From the NCBI RefSeq assembly GCF_056746865.1, contig NZ_CM163382.1: a DNA stretch of 64,000 nucleotides; one strand, given 5' to 3'. Made by a program: the position numbers and the translations under genes. The notes under the pieces are model-generated. The model searched no databases, was not told the origin of the DNA, and saw nothing but the letters and a program-made list of their open reading frames with translations. Within the stretch, counting starts at the first letter, position 1. The number at the start of each line of letters is the position of its first letter. This document shows, piece after piece, positions 26,913 to 37,290 of this stretch.

Positions 26913-28946
26913 ATGACAGACCTTTCACACAGCAGGGAAAAGGACAAAATCAATCCGGTGGTGTTTTACACTTCCGCCGGACTGATTTTGTTGTTTTCCC
27001 TGACAACGATCCTGTTTCGCGACTTCTCGGCCCTGTGGATTGGACGCACGCTGGACTGGGTCTCTAAAACCTTCGGTTGGTACTATCTGCTGGCGGCAAC
27101 GCTCTATATTGTCTTTGTGGTCTGTATCGCTTGTTCGCGTTTTGGTTCGGTGAAGCTCGGGCCAGAACAATCCAAACCGGAATTCAGTCTGCTGAGTTGG
27201 GCGGCGATGCTGTTTGCTGCCGGGATCGGTATCGACCTGATGTTCTTCTCCGTAGCCGAACCGGTAACGCAGTATATGCAGCCGCCGGAAGGCGCGGGTC
27301 AGACGATTGAGGCTGCGCGTCAGGCGATGGTCTGGACGCTGTTTCACTACGGCTTAACCGGCTGGTCGATGTATGCGCTGATGGGCATGGCGCTCGGATA
27401 CTTTAGCTATCGTTATAATTTGCCGCTCACCATCCGCTCGGCGCTGTACCCGATCTTCGGTAAACGGATTAACGGGCCGATTGGTCATTCAGTGGATATT
27501 GCAGCGGTAATCGGCACCATCTTCGGTATTGCCACTACGCTCGGTATCGGTGTGGTGCAGCTTAACTATGGCTTGAGCGTACTGTTTGATATTCCCGATT
27601 CAATGGCGGCGAAAGCGGCACTGATCGCCTTGTCGGTGATCATCGCCACGATCTCTGTCACCTCCGGTGTCGATAAGGGCATTCGTGTGTTATCGGAACT
27701 TAACGTTGCGCTGGCGCTGGGATTGATCCTTTTCGTGCTGTTTATGGGCGACACCTCGTTCCTGCTTAATGCGCTGGTGCTGAACGTTGGCGACTATGTG
27801 AATCGCTTTATGGGCATGACGCTCAACAGTTTTGCCTTCGACCGTCCGGTTGAGTGGATGAATAACTGGACGCTCTTCTTCTGGGCATGGTGGGTGGCAT
27901 GGTCGCCGTTTGTCGGCCTGTTTCTGGCGCGTATCTCGCGCGGGCGTACCATTCGCCAGTTCGTGCTGGGCACGTTGATTATTCCGTTTACCTTCACGCT
28001 GTTATGGCTCTCGGTGTTCGGCAATAGCGCGCTGTATGAAATCATCCACGGCGGCGCGGCATTTGCCGAGGAAGCGATGGTCCATCCGGAGCGCGGCTTC
28101 TACAGCCTGCTGGCGCAGTATCCGGCGTTTACCTTTAGCGCCTCCGTCGCCACCATTACTGGCCTGCTGTTTTATGTGACCTCGGCGGACTCCGGGGCGC
28201 TGGTGCTGGGGAATTTCACCTCGCAGCTTAAAGATATCAACAGCGACGCCCCCGGCTGGCTGCGCGTCTTCTGGTCGGTGGCGATTGGCCTGCTAACGCT
28301 CGGCATGCTGATGACCAACGGGATATCCGCGCTGCAAAACACCACGGTAATCATGGGGCTGCCGTTCAGCTTTGTGATTTTCTTCGTGATGGCGGGGTTG
28401 TATAAATCTCTGAAGGTAGAAGATTACCGCCGTGAAAGTGCCAACCGTGATACCGCGCCGCGACCGCTGGGGCTTCAGGATCGCCTGAGCTGGAAAAAAC
28501 GTCTCTCGCGCCTGATGAATTATCCGGGCACGCGTTACACTAAACAGATGATGGAGACGGTCTGTTACCCGGCAATGGAAGAAGTGGCGCAGGAGCTGCG
28601 GTTGCGCGGCGCGTACGTGGAGCTAAAAAGCCTGCCGCCGGAAGAGGGACAACAGTTGGGGCATCTGGATTTGTTGGTGCATATGGGCGAAGAGCAAAAC
28701 TTTGTCTATCAGATTTGGCCGCAGCAATATTCGGTGCCGGGCTTTACCTACCGCGCACGTAGCGGTAAATCGACCTACTACCGGCTGGAAACCTTCCTGT
28801 TAGAAGGCAGCCAGGGCAACGACCTGATGGACTACAGCAAAGAGCAGGTGATCACCGATATTCTTGACCAGTACGAGCGGCATCTTAACTTTATCCATCT
28901 CCATCGTGAAGCGCCGGGCCATAGCGTGATGTTCCCGGACGCGTGA
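26913..28946 (+). CDS. betT: choline transporter, BCCT family, 677 aa
   Basis: Twelve-TM BCCT-type ORF with long hydrophilic C-terminal tail. Confidence 0.9.
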   Translation: MTDLSHSREKDKINPVVFYTSAGLILLFSLTTILFRDFSALWIGRTLDWVSKTFGWYYLLAATLYIVFVVCIACSRFGSVKLGPEQSKPEFSLLSWAAMLFAAGIGIDLMFFSVAEPVTQYMQPPEGAGQTIEAARQAMVWTLFHYGLTGWSMYALMGMALGYFSYRYNLPLTIRSALYPIFGKRINGPIGHSVDIAAVIGTIFGIATTLGIGVVQLNYGLSVLFDIPDSMAAKAALIALSVIIATISVTSGVDKGIRVLSELNVALALGLILFVLFMGDTSFLLNALVLNVGDYVNRFMGMTLNSFAFDRPVEWMNNWTLFFWAWWVAWSPFVGLFLARISRGRTIRQFVLGTLIIPFTFTLLWLSVFGNSALYEIIHGGAAFAEEAMVHPERGFYSLLAQYPAFTFSASVATITGLLFYVTSADSGALVLGNFTSQLKDINSDAPGWLRVFWSVAIGLLTLGMLMTNGISALQNTTVIMGLPFSFVIFFVMAGLYKSLKVEDYRRESANRDTAPRPLGLQDRLSWKKRLSRLMNYPGTRYTKQMMETVCYPAMEEVAQELRLRGAYVELKSLPPEEGQQLGHLDLLVHMGEEQNFVYQIWPQQYSVPGFTYRARSGKSTYYRLETFLLEGSQGNDLMDYSKEQVITDILDQYERHLNFIHLHREAPGHSVMFPDA

Positions 28947-28959
28947 TTGTTATTGCATA

Positions 28960-28998
28960 AAACCGCGCCATGTCTGCATATGGCGCGGTTTCTCTTAC
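28960..28998 (+). terminator. rho-independent terminator after betT
   Basis: GC-rich hairpin aaccgcgccat-gtctgcat-atggcgcggtt followed by a T-rich tract (tctctt). Confidence 0.6.
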
Positions 28999-29822
28999 CT
29001 CTTGATACGTTATATCTGTGTACAGTTAAGCCCTTAGTATCGATTGATGATTGCCAGGCAACAGATAATAAAAAAGAAAAGAACTATTGAAGCCCAAAAC
29101 CTACGCTTGGACTGTTGTGAATGTTCAATAAGCTTAGTCTTATTTAATGTAAATATTGGTGCTAATTTGAAATGACGCTTTATTCATGGGAAACGCGTAG
29201 CGCAAATCAACTAAAATCAATGTAACTGTTTGTTGTTTAAGGTTTAATTGTCTGTGTCTGATATTTTATTGATTGTTTTAAATATTGTTTTTATTGTCAT
29301 TGTTATAATGTTGGCTATCTATTGCTGAATGGATTCAGCCTTAAAAGGCAGGTTGTTAAGGGATAGGCATAGAGTAATGACGTGTATGCATAACCAACAT
29401 CTTTACTCATTATGTCATTGAATGTTGACGCTATGTGTTTATGAGGTTGAGGTATTTTCAGTTGATCTGGATTGTTAAATTCATATAATGCGCCTTTACT
29501 CATGAATGGGCGTCAATACGTAGTGGGAAATTATAAATATTGAAATAGTCCAACTACTTCTTTATTACCAAAAATGAGTATCTGAATTTTAATATTGCAT
29601 TCTTGCGTGATTATCTCCTGAGTTTGACTTGTGATTACCTTTTTAAGGTATTTAGCGTAACTGTTTTTGAGCGAGCATCAGAGGTAAAGATAATCTTTTT
29701 GATAGTAATGTGGGATGTTATGCGTATGGCATCGCTGATGTTTATGGTTACCCCTTATGTGTGCTCAGGAATCCACAGGTAATCACTCATACTGAACAGC
29801 GATAAAAGATAAAGGTGTGTTC

Positions 29823-30911
29823 ATGAATTCATGTGATTTTCGTGTTTTTCTGCAAGAGTTCGGTACAACGGTTCATTTGTCATTGCCTGGTAGCGTATCC
29901 GAGAAAGAACGACTGCTACTCAAGCTGCTGATGCAGGGAATGTCTGTAACAGAAATATCACAGTACAGAAATCGCAGTGCAAAGACCATTTCACATCAAA
30001 AGAAACAGCTCTTTGAGAAACTGGGGATTCAGAGCGATATTACTTTCTGGCGGGATATTTTCTTTCAGTACAATCCGGAGATCATATCCGCCACGGGTAA
30101 TAATAGTCACAAATATATTAATGATAATCACTATCACCATATCGTCACGCCTGAAGCCATCAGTCTGGCGTTGGAAAACCATGAGTTTAAACCGTGGATC
30201 CAACCGGTTTTCTGCGCGCAGACTGGGGTACTGACGGGCTGTGAGGTGCTTGTCCGCTGGGAACATCCACAAACGGGAATTATCCCACCGGATCAGTTTA
30301 TTCCTCTGGCGGAGTCATCTGGTCTTATCGTCATAATGACTCGCCAGTTGATGAAACAGACTGCGGATATTCTGATGCCGGTAAAACATTTGCTGCCGGA
30401 TAATTTCCATATTGGCATCAACGTCTCGGCGGGTTGTTTTTTGGCCGCGGGATTTGAAAAAGAATGCCTGAACCTGGTCAAGAAATTAGGAAACGATAAA
30501 ATCAAACTGGTTCTCGAGCTAACGGAACGTAACCCTATTCCGGTAACGCCAGAAGCCAGAGCGATATTTGACAGCCTTCATCAGCACAACATTACCTTTG
30601 CGCTGGATGACTTTGGTACGGGTTATGCGACCTATCGTTACTTGCAGGCGTTCCCGGTCGATTTTATTAAGATCGATAAGTCATTTGTGCAAATGGCGAG
30701 CGTGGACGAAATATCCGGTCATATTGTGGACAATATTGTCGAACTGGCGCGTAAGCCTGGTCTGAGTATCGTGGCGGAAGGGGTAGAAACCCAGGAGCAG
30801 GCGGATTTAATGATCGGCAAAGGCGTTCACTTTTTGCAGGGCTATTTGTACTCTCCGCCAGTACCGGGTAATAAATTTATCTCTGAATGGGTAATGAAAG
30901 CAGGTGGTTGA
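29823..30911 (+). CDS. pdeL: c-di-GMP phosphodiesterase with N-terminal LuxR-type HTH and C-terminal EAL domain, 362 aa
   Basis: LuxR HTH (LLKLLMQGMSVTEISQYRNRSAKTISHQKKQLFEKLG) and EAL-domain motifs (ELTE, DDFGTGYA). Confidence 0.85.
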   Translation: MNSCDFRVFLQEFGTTVHLSLPGSVSEKERLLLKLLMQGMSVTEISQYRNRSAKTISHQKKQLFEKLGIQSDITFWRDIFFQYNPEIISATGNNSHKYINDNHYHHIVTPEAISLALENHEFKPWIQPVFCAQTGVLTGCEVLVRWEHPQTGIIPPDQFIPLAESSGLIVIMTRQLMKQTADILMPVKHLLPDNFHIGINVSAGCFLAAGFEKECLNLVKKLGNDKIKLVLELTERNPIPVTPEARAIFDSLHQHNITFALDDFGTGYATYRYLQAFPVDFIKIDKSFVQMASVDEISGHIVDNIVELARKPGLSIVAEGVETQEQADLMIGKGVHFLQGYLYSPPVPGNKFISEWVMKAGG

Positions 30912-30952
30912 TGTAAACCGCTATTCACAGCGCATCGGGAGGTTGGCAGCGA

Positions 30953-31885
30953 TTAATTCTCCCGATGCAGTAAATCCTGATAGATCCCCGTTAATATGCC
31001 ATTTGGCGAAAATTGTTTTTTAATCCACTGCGTCACCTGACCGGTGGCAGAGTGCTGGGTCGCCAGTAACATGCGTGAATCCTGGCGCGGATTATGGATT
31101 TGGCGGGTAACCAGCAGGGATTGCTCCATCGCCTCGCGAACCATGTAATCCGGCAAAAAACCAATTCCTTCACCTAAAATCTGGCACTGACATTTGGTGT
31201 TGAAATCTGGCACCAGAATCGACTCCTGCCCATGCAGCAACCAGCCCACTTTTTTATTAATCGTATGCGCGGTGTCTTCCACCATGATATTGGGATAGAG
31301 ACGCAGCTGGCTTTCGGCGATGGGTTCCGGCACAAAGGCTAACGGGTGATCCGGGGCGATAGCAAAAGCCCAGCGAATCGCGCCAATCTCCGTGTAATCA
31401 ATGCCGCCACCGTCCAGCAGCGTGTCGGGTGCGCCGATAGCAATATTCGCCTGATTATTAATAATCGCATCCCAGACGCCGTTATACACTTCGGTCGTCA
31501 CGGTAATCTGGCAGGTTGGAAACTGCTTTTTCAGTACCTGTAATAAGCGTGCGGTGTGTTTGGGCGTATAAAGCAGTTGGTTAATACAAATGCGCACCCG
31601 TGCTTCTATACCCTGCGAAATAGTATCGATGCTGCGTTTGATGGCGTGAAAATCATTCAGCAGGTCGGTAGCTTTGCGGAAAAAATAACGCCCGGACTCC
31701 GTTAACTCAATGCTGCGGGTACTGCGAGTGAACAGCACCACATCCAGCCCTGTTTCCATTCGCTTGATGGTGTAGCTAATGGCGGAAGTGGTTAAACCCA
31801 ACTCTTCTGCGGCTTTACTGAAGCTGCCAAAACGCGCAGCGGTAGTAAATGCCAACAGATTCTCTTCGGTAAAAATTGAGTTCAT
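30953..31885 (-). CDS. yahB: LysR-family regulator, 310 aa
   Basis: LysR HTH (FSKAAEELGLTTSAISYTIKRMETGL); divergent from the yahC–yahJ side. Confidence 0.75.
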   Translation of the reverse strand: MNSIFTEENLLAFTTAARFGSFSKAAEELGLTTSAISYTIKRMETGLDVVLFTRSTRSIELTESGRYFFRKATDLLNDFHAIKRSIDTISQGIEARVRICINQLLYTPKHTARLLQVLKKQFPTCQITVTTEVYNGVWDAIINNQANIAIGAPDTLLDGGGIDYTEIGAIRWAFAIAPDHPLAFVPEPIAESQLRLYPNIMVEDTAHTINKKVGWLLHGQESILVPDFNTKCQCQILGEGIGFLPDYMVREAMEQSLLVTRQIHNPRQDSRMLLATQHSATGQVTQWIKKQFSPNGILTGIYQDLLHREN

Positions 31886-31976
31886 TAAACCATTCCCGCC
31901 ATTATCGAATATGAATTTCTCCAGCCATGACTGTAGAGGTATCGGTTAAAGATAGATAATCATTTTTGAATAACTT

Positions 31977-32474
31977 TTAATACCCGTCGCGTTTAGTCGT
32001 CGCTTCGCTTAATTTTTGTCCGCCATATTCTGAAATTATCCCCACGCAGTTACCCGCCAGAAAACCCAGTAATGTCACCGTCCAGTTCATCCCGCTGGCA
32101 AAAAATAGCGTCATGCCGAGAAAGCCTCCGGGAATAAAAGACAATAAACCGAAACGTCCTTGCCAGACCACCACCGCCGAGAAGGGTACAGTCATAATCA
32201 CGCTCGCCCAGAACGTGGACAATCCACTCACCGAGGCCAGCCAACCGGCAGCCAGCGCGGCGAAAAACGCCCACACCATCCCAGAATAATTAACCGCCAG
32301 GCTTCTGATAAACCCCGATTTACCGCCGCCTGCGGCATAAAAACTGCAAAAGGCGACGAAGCCAATAGTTCCTAATAATTCCCATCCCTGAGAGAGCCCG
32401 ACATGTGAAGACACTAACTGCCAAAGCCCTGCACAAATACCGACGGTGACACCCGTTGCCGTGAGTCCGTTCAT
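31977..32474 (-). CDS. yahC: small integral membrane protein, 165 aa
   Basis: Highly hydrophobic ORF with multiple predicted TM segments. Confidence 0.65.
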   Translation of the reverse strand: MNGLTATGVTVGICAGLWQLVSSHVGLSQGWELLGTIGFVAFCSFYAAGGGKSGFIRSLAVNYSGMVWAFFAALAAGWLASVSGLSTFWASVIMTVPFSAVVVWQGRFGLLSFIPGGFLGMTLFFASGMNWTVTLLGFLAGNCVGIISEYGGQKLSEATTKRDGY

Positions 32475-32731
32475 CTTGTTCCCCTCTGGTTAGACATGGA
32501 CGAAAGCTACTCTTACATGTGCAGACTATAGAGAAATAAAACCTGATTGAGTGAAAGGGTATCGGGTCAAAGAAACAAATATTGCACTACCGCACACTGC
32601 GAAAAGATTGTTGAACATCATTCAACAAAAAGGCGAAATACGGCGAATTAAATTTAAGCGGGTTCTTTTATCAGATTATCGTTGCTATTCTCAATTCATC
32701 GAAAACAGCCACAAAAACCAGGGGAATGTGA

Positions 32732-33337
32732 ATGACTATAAAAAATCTACCTGCCGACTATTTATTGGCTGCGCAACAGGGTGATATCGATAAAGTAAAA
32801 ACATGCCTTGCGCTGGGTGTCGATATTAATACTTGCGATCGTCAGGGGAAAACGGCAATTACGCTGGCAAGTTTATATCAGCAATATGCTTGCGTTCAGG
32901 CATTAATTGATGCCGGAGCGGATATTAATAAGCAAGATCAAATATGTTCAAATCCTTTTTTAATTAGCTGCCTGACCGGCGATTTAACCCTGTTACGGAT
33001 TATTTTACCGGCTAAACCTGATCTTAATTGCGTCACCCGTTTTGGCGGTGTCGGCCTGACGCCTGCCTGTGAAAAAGGCCATTTAAGTATTGTAAAAGAG
33101 CTTTTGGCGCATACGGAGATTAACGTTAACCAGACCAACCATGTTGGCTGGACGCCGCTACTGGAAGCAATTGTGCTTAATGATGGCGGGATTAAACAGC
33201 AGGCGATTGTCCAGTTATTGCTGGAACACGGTGCCAGCCCGCACATGACGGATAAATATGGCAAAACGCCGCTGGAACTGGCGCGGGAACGAGGCTTTGA
33301 AGAGATTGCGCAGTTACTGATTGCCGCAGGTGCATAA
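32732..33337 (+). CDS. yahD: ankyrin-repeat protein, 201 aa
   Basis: Repeated ankyrin-like units (GKTAITLASLYQQYACVQALIDAGADIN; GWTPLLEAIV...LLLEHGASPHMTDKYGKTPLELA). Confidence 0.75.
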   Translation: MTIKNLPADYLLAAQQGDIDKVKTCLALGVDINTCDRQGKTAITLASLYQQYACVQALIDAGADINKQDQICSNPFLISCLTGDLTLLRIILPAKPDLNCVTRFGGVGLTPACEKGHLSIVKELLAHTEINVNQTNHVGWTPLLEAIVLNDGGIKQQAIVQLLLEHGASPHMTDKYGKTPLELARERGFEEIAQLLIAAGA

Positions 33338-33376
33338 ACCGGGAGGCTTGCTATCAACACACCAGAAAGACGGTGT

Positions 33377-34240
33377 GTGTGGGCGCTAACTGCGGATGCT
33401 GATTTTCTAGCGCAGCGGGGGCAAGGACAGGTTGAACAGGTCTTTGCCAGAGCGGTAAATATCGCACTTCCGGCCCGCCAGCAGTTGCTGACGCTGCTTT
33501 GTGAAGAGTACGACAATGCGCCAAACAGTTGTCGGTTGGCACTCACTCACTTTGATGGTCTGTTCCGGCATGGTGATAAGGTTCAGTTTGACGATCAAGG
33601 CATTACGATTGGTCAACATCTTCATATAGAGATGAGTCATTGCCTGCGTTGGCTGTCCCCAACCTTGCAAATGGCCGCTGTGAATTTTCACCTTATCGCC
33701 TGGCAACAGTGGCATGACATTATTCATCAGCACCTGGGGGAAAATGAAACCCTGTTTAATTATCGCGGCGATAATCCGTTTTATCAGGCGTTAAATAAAG
33801 CACTACATATTAAACGTCGGGCAGTTATTCAGGCAGTAAACGATAAACAAAATATCGCCTCAGCAGTCGCCAGTATGATGGGCTTAGGGATTGGCCTTAC
33901 GCCATCAGCCGATGATTATTTAACAGGTCTGGCGCTTATTTTATTTATTTCCGGGCATCCGGCAGAAAAATACAAAGAGGAATTTTATCGCGGTCTGCAA
34001 CGCGGCAGAAATAATACCACGTTATTAAGTGCCATAACGCTGGAAGCCGCATTACAACAACGCTGCCGGGAAAATATTCATCGTTTTATTCATAACATTA
34101 TTTATGACATCCCTGGGAACGCAACTCAGGCAATAGAAAAAATTAAACATATTGGCTCCAGTTCCGGCTGCGACATGCTGTATGGCATGGCCGATGGTTG
34201 TGCGCTGAGCCAAACCTACGGAGGGAATTATGTCAGTTAA
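33377..34240 (+). CDS. yahE: DUF2877-family protein (YlbE-like), 287 aa
   Basis: ORF upstream of and overlapping yahF by 11 nt; family assignment from memory. Confidence 0.65.
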   Translation: MWALTADADFLAQRGQGQVEQVFARAVNIALPARQQLLTLLCEEYDNAPNSCRLALTHFDGLFRHGDKVQFDDQGITIGQHLHIEMSHCLRWLSPTLQMAAVNFHLIAWQQWHDIIHQHLGENETLFNYRGDNPFYQALNKALHIKRRAVIQAVNDKQNIASAVASMMGLGIGLTPSADDYLTGLALILFISGHPAEKYKEEFYRGLQRGRNNTTLLSAITLEAALQQRCRENIHRFIHNIIYDIPGNATQAIEKIKHIGSSSGCDMLYGMADGCALSQTYGGNYVS

Positions 34241-35777
34241 AATAGTCATTAAACCGAATACCTATTTTGATTCTGTCTCGCTGATGTCTATCTCCACGCG
34301 TGCAAATAAACTCGACGGCGTCGAGCAGGCATTTGTGGCGATGGCGACCGAAATGAACAAAGGCGTGCTGAAGAATTTAGGACTGCTGACGCCGGAGCTG
34401 GAGCAGGCGAAAAACGGCGACCTGATGATTGTCATCAATGGTAAATCGGGTGTGGACAACGAGCAGTTGCTGGCGGAGATTGAAGAACTGTTCAACACCA
34501 AAGCGCAAAGTGGCTCGCACGAGGCGCGTTACGCCACTATTGCCAGCGCCAAAAAGCATATCCCGGAAAGTAACCTGGCGGTGATTTCGGTCAACGGTCT
34601 GTTTGCCGCTCGCGAAGCGCGTCAGGCGCTGCAAAACGATCTTAACGTGATGCTGTTTTCCGATAACGTCTCAGTTGAAGATGAACTGGCGCTCAAACAG
34701 TTGGCCCACGAAAAAGGGCTGCTGATGATGGGGCCAGACTGCGGTACGGCGATTATCAACGGCGCGGCGCTCTGCTTTGGTAACGCCGTGCGTCGCGGCA
34801 ACATCGGCATTGTTGGCGCATCCGGCACCGGTAGCCAGGAACTGAGCGTCCGTATCCATGAATTTGGCGGCGGCGTTTCGCAACTGATCGGCACCGGCGG
34901 GCGCGACCTGAGCGAGAAAATCGGCGGCCTGATGATGCTCGACGCCATCGGGATGCTGGAAAACGATCCGCAAACTGAAATCATTGTGCTTATCTCCAAA
35001 CCGCCTGCGCCTGCGGTGGCCCGCAAAGTGCTGGAACGCGCGCGCGCCTGCCGCAAGCCAGTGGTGGTTTGCTTCCTCGGTCGTGGCGAAACGCCGGTGG
35101 ATGAGCAGGGGCTACAGTTTGCCCGCGGCAGTAAAGAGGCGGCGCTGAAAGCGGTAATGCTCTCCGGCGTGAAACAGGAACATCTCGACCTGCATACCCT
35201 GAACCAGCCATTGATTGCTGACGTGCGCGCTCGCCTGCAACCGCAACAGAAATACATTCGTGGCCTGTTCTGCGGCGGCACGCTGTGCGACGAAACGATG
35301 TTCGCGGTGATGGAAAAACACGGCGATGTCTACAGCAACATTCAGCCCGATCCGGAATTCCGCCTGCAAGATATCAGCCGCAGCATCAAACACACCTTCC
35401 TCGACTTTGGTGATGACGACTTCACCAACGGCAAGCCGCATCCAATGATTGACCCGACCAACCGCATCAGTCGCTTGATCGAAGAAGCGCGCGATCCAGA
35501 AGTGGCGGTGATCGTGATGGATTTTGTGCTCGGATTTGGATCGCATGAAGATCCGGTCGGCTCCACCATCGAGGCGATCAAAGAAGCGAAAGCGATCGCC
35601 GCTGCCGAAGGACGTGAGTTGATCATTCTCGCCTATGTGCTGGGTACCGATCTTGATACGCCATCATTAGAACAACAAAGCCAGATGCTGCTTGATGCCG
35701 GAGTGATTCTGGCCAGCAGTAGCACCAATACCGGATTGCTGGCGCGTGAATTTATCTGCAAAGGGGAGGAAGCCTGA
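34230..35777 (+). CDS. yahF: FdrA-like protein with CoA-binding/succinyl-CoA-synthetase-like fold, 515 aa
   Basis: Gly-rich Rossmann-like motifs (IGIVGASGTGSQE, LFCGGTLCDE); stop overlaps the yahG start (TGATG). Confidence 0.7.
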   Translation: MSVKIVIKPNTYFDSVSLMSISTRANKLDGVEQAFVAMATEMNKGVLKNLGLLTPELEQAKNGDLMIVINGKSGVDNEQLLAEIEELFNTKAQSGSHEARYATIASAKKHIPESNLAVISVNGLFAAREARQALQNDLNVMLFSDNVSVEDELALKQLAHEKGLLMMGPDCGTAIINGAALCFGNAVRRGNIGIVGASGTGSQELSVRIHEFGGGVSQLIGTGGRDLSEKIGGLMMLDAIGMLENDPQTEIIVLISKPPAPAVARKVLERARACRKPVVVCFLGRGETPVDEQGLQFARGSKEAALKAVMLSGVKQEHLDLHTLNQPLIADVRARLQPQQKYIRGLFCGGTLCDETMFAVMEKHGDVYSNIQPDPEFRLQDISRSIKHTFLDFGDDDFTNGKPHPMIDPTNRISRLIEEARDPEVAVIVMDFVLGFGSHEDPVGSTIEAIKEAKAIAAAEGRELIILAYVLGTDLDTPSLEQQSQMLLDAGVILASSSTNTGLLAREFICKGEEA

Positions 35778-37195
35778 TGAGCCAGTCACTGTTTAGCCAA
35801 CCGTTGAACGTTATTAACGTCGGTATCGCCATGTTTAGCGATGATCTGAAAAAACAGCATGTAGAAGTGACCCAACTCGACTGGACGCCGCCGGGGCAGG
35901 GCAATATGCAGGTGGTGCAGGCGCTGGATAACATTGCCGATTCGCCGCTGGCAGACAAAATCGCCGCCGCTAACCAGCAGGCGCTGGAGCGCATTATCCA
36001 GTCGCATCCGGTGCTGATTGGTTTTGATCAGGCGATTAACGTGGTGCCGGGCATGACGCCGAAAACCATTCTTCACGCCGGGCCGCCGATCACCTGGGAA
36101 AAAATGTGCGGCGCGATGAAAGGCGCGGTCACCGGGGCGCTGGTGTTCGAAGGGCTGGCGAAAGATCTCGACGAGGCGGCTGAACTGGCGGCCTCCGGGG
36201 AGATCTCCTTCTCGCCGTGCCACGAACATGACTGCGTGGGATCGATGGCGGGTGTTACCTCGGCCTCGATGTTTATGCACATCGTAAAAAACAAAACCTA
36301 CGGCAACATCGCTTACACCAATATGAGCGAGCAGATGGCGAAGATTTTGCGTATGGGCGCTAACGACCAGAGCGTGATTGACCGCCTCAACTGGATGCGC
36401 GATGTGCAGGGGCCAATGCTGCGCGACGCGATGAAAATTATCGGCGAGATCGATCTGCGCTTAATGCTGGCGCAAGCGCTGCATATGGGCGATGAATGCC
36501 ATAACCGCAATAACGCCGGGACGACGCTGCTGATTCAGGCGCTGACGCCGGGGATTATTCAGGCGGGTTATTCCGTCGAGCAACAGCGCGAAGTGTTTGA
36601 GTTTGTCGCCAGCAGCGACTACTTCTCCGGCCCGACGTGGATGGCGATGTGTAAAGCGGCGATGGATGCGGCGCACGGCATCGAATACAGCACCGTGGTG
36701 ACCACCATGGCGCGTAACGGCGTCGAGTTCGGCCTGCGGGTCAGCGGCCTGCCGGGGCAATGGTTTACCGGTCCGGCGCAGCAGGTCATCGGCCCGATGT
36801 TTGCCGGTTATAAGCCGGAAGATTCGGGGCTGGATATCGGCGACAGCGCCATCACCGAAACCTACGGCATTGGCGGATTTGCTATGGCGACCGCGCCCGC
36901 GATCGTCGCGCTGGTGGGTGGCACGGTGGAAGAGGCTATCGATTTCTCCCGTCAGATGCGTGAAATCACCCTTGGCGAAAACCCCAACGTCACCATTCCG
37001 CTGCTCGGTTTTATGGGCGTGCCATCGGCAATCGACATCACCCGCGTGGGTAGCAGTGGCATTCTGCCGGTGATCAACACCGCCATCGCTCATAAAGATG
37101 CGGGCATCGGCATGATTGGCGCGGGCATTGTGCATCCACCATTCGCCTGCTTCGAGAAAGCCATTCTTGGCTGGTGCGAACGTTACGGCGTTTGA
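35777..37195 (+). CDS. yahG: DUF1116-family protein (YlbF-like), 472 aa
   Basis: ORF translationally coupled to yahF; family assignment from memory. Confidence 0.65.
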   Translation: MSQSLFSQPLNVINVGIAMFSDDLKKQHVEVTQLDWTPPGQGNMQVVQALDNIADSPLADKIAAANQQALERIIQSHPVLIGFDQAINVVPGMTPKTILHAGPPITWEKMCGAMKGAVTGALVFEGLAKDLDEAAELAASGEISFSPCHEHDCVGSMAGVTSASMFMHIVKNKTYGNIAYTNMSEQMAKILRMGANDQSVIDRLNWMRDVQGPMLRDAMKIIGEIDLRLMLAQALHMGDECHNRNNAGTTLLIQALTPGIIQAGYSVEQQREVFEFVASSDYFSGPTWMAMCKAAMDAAHGIEYSTVVTTMARNGVEFGLRVSGLPGQWFTGPAQQVIGPMFAGYKPEDSGLDIGDSAITETYGIGGFAMATAPAIVALVGGTVEEAIDFSRQMREITLGENPNVTIPLLGFMGVPSAIDITRVGSSGILPVINTAIAHKDAGIGMIGAGIVHPPFACFEKAILGWCERYGV

Positions 37196-37290
37196 CTCTC
37201 CAACCGCACCTTACGATCCCTTCTCCCTTCAGGGGAGAGGGGCAACCTCACTCTCATAACCCCATCACCCTCTGTAGCGGACATAACAAC

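Noticed and set aside
29315-29503. 62-aa ORF in the betT–pdeL intergenic region
   Set aside because: No ribosome-binding site or recognisable features, and it lies in an AT-rich region where random ORFs are frequent.
34622-35281. 219-aa antisense ORF inside yahF, and similar long antisense ORFs at 35786..36280, 36461..37135 and 37954..38727
   Set aside because: They lie opposite well-supported genes, have Arg/Pro/Ala-rich low-complexity composition typical of GC-rich antisense frames, and have no recognisable domains.
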